This document shows positions 24,854 through 32,666 of a stretch of DNA of 64,000 nt, in pieces (positions within the stretch are counted from its first letter, which is position 1; each line of letters starts with the position of its first letter). The notes under the pieces are model-generated. The model saw nothing but the letters and a program-made list of their open reading frames with translations. It did no database searches and was not told the origin of the DNA. The translations under genes were made by a program, and so were the position numbers. This DNA comes from Felis catus (lineage: Eukaryota): the NCBI RefSeq assembly GCF_018350175.1, contig NC_058369.1, positions 4,528,001-4,592,000 on the forward strand. Direction: 5' to 3'.

Positions 24854-26347
24854 GCCCCTCCCCTACCCATGAGTGTGCACTCTCTCTCAAGATAAACTTA
24901 AAAAAAAAGGGGGGGGGGAGGGCACCTGCCTGGCTCCGTCGGTTGAGCATCTGACTTCGGCTCAGGTCATGATCTCACGGTTCGTGGGTCCAAGCCCCGC
25001 CTCGGGCTCTGTGCTGACAGCTCGGAGCCTGGAGCCTGTTTCGGATTCTGTGTCTCCTTCTCTCTCTCTGCCCCTCCCCCACTCACACTCTGTCTCTGTC
25101 TCTCTCAAAAATAAATAAACATAAAAAATTAAAGGGGCGCCTGGGTGGCGCAGTCGGTTGAGCGTCCGACTTCAGCCAGGTCACGATCTCGCCGTCCATG
25201 AGTTCGAGCCCCGCGTCAGGCTCTGGGCTGATGGCTCGGAGCCTGGAGCCTGTTTCTGTGTTTCGGATTCTGTGTCTCCCTCTCTCTCTGCCCCTCCCCC
25301 GTTCATGCTCTGTCTCTCTCTGTCCCAAAAATAAATAAAAAAAAAAAAAGATGGGGAGACCGAGGCTGGGAGAGGAGAGGCAGTGGGTTGGTTGCTCAGC
25401 GCCAGCTCCCCATGTCGTGGGCCTGGGGCATTGGCTGTGCCTGTAGGGGAGAAGCTCCTGGCCTGTTTCCAGAAAAATGGCAGAGGGACTTGAGCCCGGC
25501 CCACCAGCCCCCAGGAAGCGGGGAAGTGCTGGGCAGGCCCCCCAGGCTGAGCCCGCTTCCTCATTTGTACAATGGGGGTGGGGACCTGGCCCTCCCAGGG
25601 TCGGGACCACGAGTGCGAGCCCCGGCACAGGGAGCCGGGCTCGGGGGCCGCGTGAGAGCCACCTGACCCGCCTTCCCCGAACGACAGTGCCAGATCAACA
25701 CGGACACGGGGGAGCCTCGGAACGCGCTGACCAGCGAGGCGGTCGCTTTCTGCCGGCAGCTCAGGAGCCAGTCCACCAGGCTGTCGGACATCGTCCGTGA
25801 CAGAGACCCGCTGGTCACAGAGTTCATCAGTCAGGGGATCGATGCTGCCAATGCAGAGGTCACCTCCAACAGCGCCAAGATCGTCAAGTGGACCATCCTT
25901 GAGACGGACTTCTCCGTGGCCGGAGGGGAGCTGGGTGAGTGGGCACGGGCCGGGGAAGGGGTCCGGGCGCGGTCGCTCACACCCGAGGCCCTGGGGTGCT
26001 CATCAAAACGCCACCATCTCCTGGGCTGGGATCCCTGGCACCTGCATTTTTAACCAGCGCCTCCGAGGAATCTCGCAGGCGGTCGCCCGCGGTGGTCCCC
26101 AGACCACCAGGCATTCGGAGACAGCCTTCTCGGACCTCTCTTCCCCGGGCCCCTCAATCCAGTCACCCCTCTGCGTCCTTAGGACAGATCTGGCTCACCG
26201 ACACCTCATCCTGCAGGGGGGGGGTGGAGGCCCCGCCTTGGACGTGATTCTGTTTCAGGGGCAACCGCCAAACTGAAGAGGGCCAACGTGGGCAAGATGT
26301 ACCAGCCTGAGATTGAAAGCTTTTACTCGGAGAAGGATGAATACTAG
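8419..26347 (+). CDS. ACSBG3: Bubblegum-family long-chain acyl-CoA synthetase, ACSBG2-like paralogue (probable orthologue of mouse Acsbg3/1700061G19Rik). 13 coding exons: join(8419..8479,8959..9182,11731..11819,12362..12482,17754..17834,17945..18094,18214..18390,20165..20346,20459..20692,24004..24221,24478..24617,25688..25934,26259..26347), 670 aa
   Basis: Exons were spliced by hand. All introns are GT-AG with consistent phases, summing to 2013 nt with no internal stop. ACSBG hallmarks: YYEECRRAAKAFLKLGLERFH, KPNQCC..MLSHDNITWT, VSYLPL, ELYGLSES, WGRNIFMGYL, GWLRTGDLG, LLTLKC, DFSVAGGELG..KLKR. The gene lies next to the MLLT1 3' end. Paralogue identity (ACSBG3 vs ACSBG2) is from recalled sequence, not a search. 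Confidence 0.88.
8850..9340. promoter_or_regulatory. CpG island over ACSBG-like exon 2 and the start of the following intron, with NRF1-like, E-box and GC-box motifs
   Basis: Dense CpG; CACGTG 9187-9192; (C/T)GCGCnTGCGC(G/A) at 9199, 9224 and 9254; GGGGCGGG at 9293. Confidence 0.55.
8959..9182 (+). CDS. ACSBG3: ACSBG-like coding exon 2 (GPSYWTSRRDGEV...RRAAKAFLK)
   Basis: cccacag| acceptor, AAG|gtacca donor, ACSBG-type YYEECRRAAKAFLK. Confidence 0.92.
9415..9530 (+). mobile_element. Carnivore L1 3'-end fragment
   Basis: GGTGAGCACAGCATCACGTGTAGACTTG..GAAGCTAATGTAACATT resembles the L1_Carn 3' end. Confidence 0.6.
9540..10800. mobile_element. MIR and L2 relics
   Basis: MIR core CCTCGTTTTCTCATCTGTAACATGGGG; L2 ends (GAGGGCAAGGG..GAATGAATG; GCAAAGGCCCTGGGGCAGG). 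Confidence 0.6.
11342..11545 (+). mobile_element. MER20 hAT relic
   Basis: CAGTG..TCAA..CATTTGGGGCTGGATCATTCTT..AAAAATGTCTCCAGATGTTGCC..GTTGAGAACCCCTG. Confidence 0.8.
11731..11819 (+). CDS. ACSBG3: ACSBG-like coding exon 3 (LGLERFHSVGIMGLNSEEWVIASIGAIMAG)
   Basis: tttcccag| acceptor, GG|gtaaga donor, 89 nt. Confidence 0.93.
12362..12482 (+). CDS. ACSBG3: ACSBG-like coding exon 4 (GFSVGILSTNSPKTC...QLQKIIQ)
   Basis: cttccag| acceptor, CAG|gttagt donor, 121 nt. Confidence 0.93.
12740..13020 (-). mobile_element. L1MB 3' end (antisense)
   Basis: CAATTTACCC..GTGTACGATTCTGTGGCATTTAGTAC..CCCCAGCCCCTGGCAACC. Confidence 0.7.
13195..13408 (-). mobile_element. CAN-SINE
   Basis: Reverse SINE, TSD ggatgactc. 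Confidence 0.9.
13660..14770 (+). mobile_element. L1MB 3' fragment carrying two antisense CAN-SINEs (13790-14005, 14175-14419)
   Basis: GAACGTAAAATGG..CAGCAATCTCACT..TCCATCCAAACAATGGAATATTA..GGACAGAGTCTCAGTTTGGG. Confidence 0.75.
15270..15850 (+). mobile_element. MLT1 (MaLR) LTR
   Basis: GTCCACGTCCTAATTCCC..GATGGGAGATGATCCTGGATTATCCGGGTGGG..GAACTGAATTCTGCCAAC. Confidence 0.75.
16093..16790 (+). mobile_element. Three tandem CAN-SINEs (16093, 16353, 16593) inside an L1M
   Basis: Three GGGGC(G/A)(T/C)C heads, each with a CT-rich body and A tail. Confidence 0.9.
16810..17640 (+). mobile_element. GC-shifted L1MB fragment with a young CAN-SINE (17387-17609, TSD aaaatggcaaattca)
   Basis: GACCCAGCGATCCTGCTCCCAGGTG..AAAACCCGTGCAC..GGAATGTTCTGGAAC; 15-bp TSD at 17372 and 17606. 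Confidence 0.75.
17754..17834 (+). CDS. ACSBG3: ACSBG-like coding exon 5 (IQGYLKHLKAIVQY...NLYS)
   Basis: ggcag| acceptor, TCT|gtaggt donor, LKAIVQY motif. Confidence 0.9.
17945..18094 (+). CDS. ACSBG3: ACSBG-like coding exon 6 (WRGFLDLA...KPNQCCALLYSMSIAGPPKPVMLSHDN)
   Basis: ctctccgcag| acceptor, AAC|gtgagc donor; contains the degenerate AMP-binding motif. Confidence 0.93.
18214..18390 (+). CDS. ACSBG3: ACSBG-like coding exon 7 (ITWTT...VSYLPLSY...YFAQPDALR)
   Basis: ccttgcag| acceptor, AGG|gtgagg donor. Confidence 0.93.
18690..19135 (+). mobile_element. L1MB 3' end with A tail
   Basis: GTGGAAACAACCCAAGTGCCCATCAACAGAT..GGAAAGTTCTGGAG, poly(A) 19121-19135. Confidence 0.75.
20165..20346 (+). 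CDS. ACSBG3: ACSBG-like coding exon 8 (GSLIDTLREVKPT...KRRMLG)
   Basis: gtgcag| acceptor, GG|gtgagg donor, TLREVKPT..GVPWVW. Confidence 0.92.
20459..20692 (+). CDS. ACSBG3: ACSBG-like coding exon 9 (QTRPPLCFSLAK...ELYGLSESTGVH...FRLL)
   Basis: The ccccaag| acceptor is required by phase; AG|gtgggt donor; YGLSES motif. Confidence 0.9.
21195..21436. mobile_element. MER53-like hAT relic (host of the tRNA-half insertion), itself within an MLT1-like LTR remnant (~21040-21600)
   Basis: AGCAAATAAA..GGACACCC..TTTGAAACTTCAGATAAACAA....ATCTGGCAACCCT terminus. Confidence 0.65.
21336..21379 (-). pseudogene. Tailless retropseudogene of the 5' half of (pre-)tRNA-Glu(CTC)
   Basis: The − strand reads cggtcgc-TCCCTGGTGGTCTAGgGGTTAGGATTCGGCGCTCTCA, i.e. 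tRNA-Glu-CTC nt 1-37 with one mismatch. It is flanked by the direct repeat AACTTGTAACTGA (21326-21338, 21380-21392). Confidence 0.88.
21950..22830. mobile_element. Probable ERV1-type LTR remnant
   Basis: TTTGCATTTCAAAGGG repeats and LTR-like composition; family not securely recognised. Confidence 0.35.
23059..23403 (-). mobile_element. MLT1A/B-like LTR
   Basis: TGTCTTAG..GGCTTAAAC..CAGTTCTGGAGGCTG..GATCAAGGTG..CAATTCAGTCC. Confidence 0.75.
24004..24221 (+). CDS. ACSBG3: ACSBG-like coding exon 10 (SCGKSLP...WGRNIFMGYL...GWLRTGDLG...VTGNER)
   Basis: gtccccag| acceptor, G|gtgagc donor, FACS signature region. Confidence 0.95.
24478..24617 (+). CDS. ACSBG3: ACSBG-like coding exon 11 (DLITLSSGEKINPNPIEE...LLTLK)
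   Basis: cctgcag| acceptor, AAG|gtatct donor. Confidence 0.93.
24704..25349 (+). mobile_element. Three tandem CAN-SINEs sharing one outer TSD
   Basis: Heads at 24704, ~24919 and 25134; AAGATGGGGAGAC at 24690-24702 and 25348-25360. Confidence 0.9.
25688..25934 (+). CDS. ACSBG3: ACSBG-like coding exon 12 (CQINTDTGEP...DFSVAGGELG)
   Basis: gacag| acceptor, G|gtgagt donor, KWTILETDFSVAGGEL. Confidence 0.93.
26259..26347 (+). CDS. ACSBG3: ACSBG-like last coding exon (ATAKLKRANVGKMYQPEIESFYSEKDEY*)
   Basis: tgtttcag| acceptor, KLKR (A10 Lys), TAG at 26345-26347. Confidence 0.9.
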
Positions 26348-26548
26348 CAGTGGGGGGGGGGCGGCGGGGGGGGGGGCTTCCTGCTGCCTCAGGAGACCGC
26401 CTGCCAGTGGGCCTCCTCCGTCCCCCATTGGATGATCACAGAGCCGCCTTCCAGTGGGAGGGAAGCCCCCAGCGCTACCCGCTACCCCTCCCCGGGTTTC
26501 CTAAGCCACCCCTCTGGGGCAGTGTTTCAGATTCAAAGGTAAAGGGAC

Positions 26549-26554
26549 AATAAA
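26549..26554 (+). terminator. Poly(A) signal of the ACSBG-like gene
   Basis: AATAAA about 200 nt after the stop codon. Confidence 0.7.
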
Positions 26555-26570
26555 AATGATTTCGCCAAAG

Positions 26571-26790
26571 CAGTGGTGTTTACCCGGGGTGGTCCTGCAC
26601 CCCCAGAACATGTGTGGCGACGTCTAGGGGACATTTTGGGTTTGTCCCAACTAGGCAGGCAGGTGCTAGGGGCGCTCGGTGGAGGGAGGCCAGTCACGGC
26701 TGTTGCCCCACAACCCACAGTGCACAGGGGAGCCCCCCACACCAGGAAAAACTGCCTGGCCACAAAAGGTCAGTTGTGCCTAGGTAGGTG
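26571..26790 (-). mobile_element. MER20 relic
   Basis: CAGTGG..CTAGGGGACATTTTGGGTTTGTCCCAACT..CAACCCACAGTGCACAGG. Confidence 0.65.
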
Positions 26791-28215
26791 AGGGGCTGCG
26801 AACGGAAGGCTCTGGAAAAGTCAAAAACAGGGCTGATGAAGCTCCTAGGTTTCTTTCTCCACTTTGAGAATCTGCACCGTCTACCTGAGAAGCCGATCCC
26901 GCTGCACCGCCCGGTTAACCTCTCGAGAGCCGGTGCGGGAACGTCCCACCCCCCAGCCCCCCACCTAGTCACCTGGAGAGAACGGCTGAGGCCTCGCCGG
27001 GAACCCACCCAACGCCAGGGCAACACGCCTTCGACAGTTACGGTTGCCACCAAAATGCTAACAGGGAACTTCAGAACAGCAAGATAAAGAAGACGCTCTG
27101 CAGCTCAGGCCGCTTGGTTCCGTGAGGAAAGCGAGCATGCAAGCCTGTGCGGGGAAACTCCGAAAAGGGAAGAATAATTAACGAAGCGGGGGGGGGGGGG
27201 GCTAGTCCTACCAGAGAATAAATAAATTACAAAGCAGCCGTAATTAAAAGCTCAGGGATGGGTCGTAACTGACATCTGCAGAGGAGGGGAAGCCCGGCTC
27301 AGACAGAAACGCGTGCAGGGGCGGAGGAATGCACCAGAAGCGGCGTTTCTGGCAGGTGCAGGTGAAGGAAGCACCGGCAGTCCGCCGCTGGGGACGGAGC
27401 GCCTCGCATCACTTCCGGGGCCCTCCCTCATGGTGAAACGAATTCCAGATGGGACAAACTGAAGGGTGAAGGACGGAGGGAGGGAGGGAAAGGGGGAAAG
27501 ACATTAGGTAGCTGGAAGAAACCAGGGGAGGGCGAAGACCTGTATCCTCCCCAGGGAATAACCACCCCGAAGCCACGGTGGGAGGGGAGAGCTTGACGTA
27601 AACGCAAGGCGTGGGCGTGGCAGGGACGCCGCGCGCCAGACCCAGACGTACAGGCAGGCGGTGGGCGGGGGGACAGAACGCGCTGCCGAGAGCTAGTGTC
27701 GTGCTCCACGAGGGGCTCCCAGAAATGACTCGCAGACACACAAGCACGCAGGTGCCTACGCACGACGCCGGCAGAAGGCGGGGGGTGGGGGTGGGGGTGG
27801 GGGTGGGGGTGGGCGGGGGGGTGGGTGGGCGAGGCGGGTGCCCCGGGAGGCTGGAGACCCGGTGGCACCGTGCACGGGGAGGGGGGGTGGCTATGCGCAG
27901 TCACGGCAGGGGACCGGGGAAGGCCGGCCAAATGAAGGAATGCTCAGATACCCTGCGGGAAAAGCGTGCGGGTGTAGGAGTTCTGTCTTGGTCGTGAGCG
28001 GACGATGGCTCTCCAGGGACACGTAAGAAAGTGGACACGGAAAAGCCAGGAATGAGGGTCACTGCTCACTGTGCACGTGCCCTTGGAGCCTTCGGACTGG
28101 TCTTGAGTTTGCATCACTAAAATGCAAACTTAAAATGTAGGATTTGAAAATATCCAAGGCAAGAGCTTTTAAAAGGGACAAAGTGTCATACTGATTGATG
28201 AAAGAAACACATCAC

Positions 28216-28340
28216 GGGGCGCCTGGGTGGCTCAGCCGGTTGAGCGTCTGGCTCTGGATTTCCGCTCAGGTCACGATCTCGGGGTTTGTGAGTTGGAGCC
28301 CCAGGTCGGGCTCTGTGGTGACAGTGCAGAACCTGCTTGG

Positions 28341-28383
<43 letters not shown>

Positions 28384-28426
28384 CCTCCCCCGCTGTCTCT
28401 CTCTCTCAAAATGAACTTGAAAAAAG
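28216..28426 (+). mobile_element. CAN-SINE with (CT)n
   Basis: GGGGCGCCTGGGTGGCTCAG head. Confidence 0.9.
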
Positions 28427-29694
28427 ATCCCCCAAATGTATGGAAACTTTTCACTAAGAGACAAAAAGAAAACTTTAAAGGCACCAGAGACCAGACTCAA
28501 AGAGGCAAGAGACCAAAGTGCTGGCTTCTCAACAGAAAAGGCAGGAGGCAGACGGCCACACCCCTGCCCGCCCTCAACTGCACTTAGCGGAAACACCTTT
28601 AGGAACTAAGGATGAAACGGAGAGGTCTTTTTTGCACGAGCAGAAGCCGAGAGAATTCACTGCTGCTGCTAATTCCTCAGGCTTAAGGACCGTGATCCCA
28701 GATGGACCCACGGGAAGGAGGAGGACGCTACAAGGCGTAGACACACGTCTGCACTTGCAGGAGCACGTGCCTGGGCTTGAGTCTCAGAAATGCGCCTACG
28801 TGCCATCCCACAGGGAGGCGGACTCTCCAGGGCTGCCTCACCTGCCCGTGGGGACTCTGTCAGCAGCACCCACCCCACCCCGTGCTTGCGACGAGTCCGC
28901 GAGTCCTTCTTAGCACGGAGCCTGGCCTGTGGCGAGCCCTGCTGCATTCTTACCCCCAAGTCATCCTTCACTGCGTCGTGGGGGCTGGGAGCCATGGGAG
29001 CCACTCCAGATCCTGCTTCGGGGGCTCTGATCAGAAACTGTCCCAGAAGACTCGCAGAATCTTTCTCCGATAGGAAAGATAGGGCAGGGGAGGCCATCGC
29101 CCTGATGCTGGAAGTAGAAATTTTGGCTACTGCCAAGAAGAAAGGCTCCTGAGGTTCCAGTACGGCCAGCCGTCTCCCTCGCACCTGCCGAGAGCGGGGT
29201 GGAACTTTCACAGTGGCCAGGCCGCTTACGTGGGACCCCGCAAGAGCTCCGTCTCCTCGGGGCTCACTCAGCTCTGCCACATGGGGTCCTAGGCAGAGCC
29301 CACCGCGGGCAAACCAGCAGACGGGCACCCCAGCTCTCAGCAGAGGTGATCTTTACCCACATTTTTCTACCTATCTCACCTTCTATCACCTAGCTGTCCA
29401 CCCATCCTCCCATCCTGTGAAGTCAGGCCGGTCTCTCAACCCCAACCCTGCCCCTTCCCCCAAGGAAAAGAACACACGTCAAAAGCCGGACCCGAGGCCA
29501 CATTTTCCACCGTCATTCCCCTCTTGGATTTCCAGTGGTTCCGACTGTTCCTCCAGGATGCTAACCTTGCTCACCGCCCCCCCGCTCCCCGACCCCGTCC
29601 CCACTCCTGCTGCCCAGGCTGGATGCCAGCCCTCTGTCCTCTTCCCGGTTGTACCAGGGGGAATGAAGCGGACGCATAAGGCTCTGCGCGTAAG

Positions 29695-32333
29695 TCTGCT
29701 TTCCCATCTGACTTTATTTCACTTTTTTTTTCTATAAAACTCCTCCATAATTTCACAATTTAACAAAAAGTTTAAAATTCAGGACAGAAACAATCCTGTG
29801 ACTTATTACAAACACGATTCTCCTTTATTCCTTTTATCCAGGAGTTGGTCTCAGGCCGATGAGTGTCCTAGTTCCTAGTGAGACACATTCTTTGTAAAAA
29901 CCCTTATGGGTAAGAAAGGTATTCGATACCTTTTGCTTTCAGGTGTCGGTTTACATTTTGTTCAGGAGAGAGCAAAACACAGGGATCTGCACTGGGGGCA
30001 GGGGACTGAACACTAAACACGCGGCAATCACAAAGTGCCGGCCCCTTCCTATGGAAGCGTCCCCAGAGCCCTCGTGGGCCCAGCTGCCGGGCAGCTGGGG
30101 GTGAGCCGGGGAGGGGGGCAGCCGGGAAGGCTGCGGTCAAGGCCCTGGTTGCCTGGCACGTCCATCAGGTGATCGTGGGGCCAGCACTGGACCCAGAGCA
30201 GCTCTGGGGGACAGCACTGGGGCCTTCTGGCCAGAGGAGGTAACTGAGAAATGGGTTGGTGCTTCTGAAGGCCCCAGAAACAGCAGGAGGGGCCAGACGC
30301 TGCTGCTACCGAGGGCAGGCCGAAGCCTGGCCTTCCTCCAGCTGCTTCCTGGGGACAGCCCGGCTCCAGACAAGAACGCTGCCCGAGTCCGGGGTGGAGC
30401 CCGGGAGGGCCTGTGGCCCTTCCCAGGAGATGCTCCGGAAGGGGAAGGCCTGGCGCCCTGGGGCTCAGGCTCCCGGCCATGGCCCCCAGCAGCCTCTGTG
30501 CAGAGGGCCGGGCAGCTGCTGCCTTTCATGTAGCCCACGTCAGGCTAGTTCCTTCTGTCCGCTGTCTTAGAGTTTCCAGAGAAGAGAGGTGCCCCACTTT
30601 GGAGTATTGTTGGCCTGCCTGGGGAAGGGGACGGTGACGGCACGGAGCCTGCCACACAGGCCCGCCCTCTTCCTAATACCTCAAGGCAGTGGGGTCAGGA
30701 GAGAATCAGAGCAGATGGCGAGGAGTCGTGGCGGTTTCCTCTGAAAGTTCTCGGGCCTTCCCGGCAAGTTCTGGGGATTTCACCAGGGAGGCTGAAATTT
30801 GGGGAAACCTTGGAGGCAGGTCTCCCCAGGGAGTGTTTAGGGTCTGCCTGACAGACGGAATCGGGGACACACTAGTCGGGAACCACAGGGAAGGGGAGCT
30901 TGGCACTCCCCGCATCGGAGCTCCCGACAGGCGGGGAGGAGAGGCCCTCTGAGGGTGGGCTGGGGAGAGAGGGTGAGCCCACCTCGGGGCCCTGGTCCTT
31001 TCCCCCCACACAAGTCAGGGCGGGGGCACTGGGGGATTAGAGGCTGAGCAAACAGGACCCCAGCCCCCAGGAGCCCCACCCAGGGTGGGCTAACCCCACG
31101 AGGGCATTCTGGCTGAGAGGGTGGGGAGCCAGCTTGGCCCTCGGAGAGTCTCAGGCATGCGAGGAGTCAGGTCTCTGGACTGGCGTTGACTCGAAGGGGT
31201 GGGACGGCCAGGCCCGAACCAAGAGAGGGGTGCCCGGGAGGGCCTGCTGCCGGCTGGGCCCTGGCTCGAGGGGCTGGCTCTAAGTCCTGACGCTCCTCAA
31301 AAAACTCCACAAACTATCTCGTCTTATTTGGCAAAAGCTCATTTTTTCAAAGTTCGAAGACTCCAACGACAGAAAGGAGGAAGAGGACCCATGGAAGGAG
31401 GAAGAAGACGAGCCGTGGGGGGGCAACACACGACATGGCCCGTGGCTGGTGGAGGCCAGGAGGTCTGCTCCTGGAGGCGGCCGCCGGTCTGACCAGGCGC
31501 CAAGTGCGCGGAGGCCCCTGGGTGCCGAGGACCCGCTGCCCCGTCGTAGTGTTCGCCGGCCCTCGGCTGGGTCCTCCGGGCCACGGGAGGACGAGACATC
31601 CTTGGAGCCGCGAAGGGCGAGTCCTCCCCTCGCCTCTTAGAGGCGCCGGCGATGCTCCAGCTGGGCCTCCGGCCCCGCGACAAGACCAGTGGGAACGTCT
31701 TAACCTAAAAGTCCCGCCTTACTCACCCCCCACCCCCCACGTGCACTGCTGCCACGGAAACGCACACCCGGAAACCGCTCTGGTACCTACAGTGCATACA
31801 CATACGCTAGAGAGAGAACTGTACAGACAGAGTCCCAGCACAGTGAGAGCCCGCGGGGGACTGCACCCGGCCTGGCGCGGCCCTGGGCACGGTGGGTGTG
31901 TGGGAACCGTTGGGGGAGGCTGGAGGCAGTGCCCCGGCTGCTCAGAGAGGCCAGGGCAGTGAAACCATGCCATGTGTCCTGCGGCGGAGCGGGGCCCCCA
32001 CCGCGGGCCACGTTTCCTCCCCTGCTGAAGTGAGGCCTGGTGCTGCCTTCAACACAAGCTGCTTTCTGAGGGGGGCCCAGGTGACGGCCCCTGAGTGTTG
32101 GGGAGCAGCGGCGCCGGCCTGCCCCCCCTCAGCCTCAGGGCTCCCGATCCGGTGGTGGGGAGGGGGGGCCGGGAGCCGACGAGGAAAGTGCAGCTGGCCG
32201 TGCGGGCCGAGGACAGGGCGGTCACTAAGGCAGTGCTGCGGGTGGGTGAGTCGAGAGAGAAGAAGGAAGGCGGGGCCTGGGCGTGGCCTCCCGGGGCCCC
32301 CGGTGAAGAGGGCCCCCGGCACCCGGCCCAGGG
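29695..32333 (-). other. MLLT1: MLLT1 3'UTR (~2.6 kb; distal end approximate)
   Basis: Repeat-free stretch after the stop codon, ending in an AU-rich block with AATAAA signals on the − strand. Confidence 0.7.
29713..29718 (-). terminator. MLLT1 distal poly(A) signal (a second AATAAA at 29824-29829)
   Basis: tttatt on + reads AATAAA on −, within an AT-rich block. Confidence 0.7.
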
Positions 32334-32462
32334 TCATGTGGCCACGGCCTCCAGGTAGCTCTGCAGCTTACGCACGGTAGTCTCGTCCAGGGAGAAGAGA
32401 TCAAAGTCGAAGGTGGTGTTGGTGACGTTGAAGTGGCCGGTCTCCTCAATCAGGTTTACGAT
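32334..32462 (-). CDS. MLLT1: MLLT1 exon 12 coding part ([42 protein letters not shown])
   Basis: ttccag| acceptor; TGA at 32336-32334. Confidence 0.96.
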   Translation of the reverse strand: MVNLIEETGHFNVTNTTFDFDLFSLDETTVRKLQSYLEAVAT

Positions 32463-32634
32463 CTGGAAGATGGGGCAGGGCAGGTGGCTTCAGAGAGCAG
32501 GAGGCTGGTCTGGGGTGGCCCTCACCCCTCACCCCGCCCCCTGTCAGGCTCTGAGGGAGAGGAGGAGGAGAAGGGCTCCCTGGGAATGTCCCGCAGCATG
32601 CACGCCTCCAGGGCACCCCCTGCCCAGAGAACGG

Positions 32635-32666
<32 letters not shown>

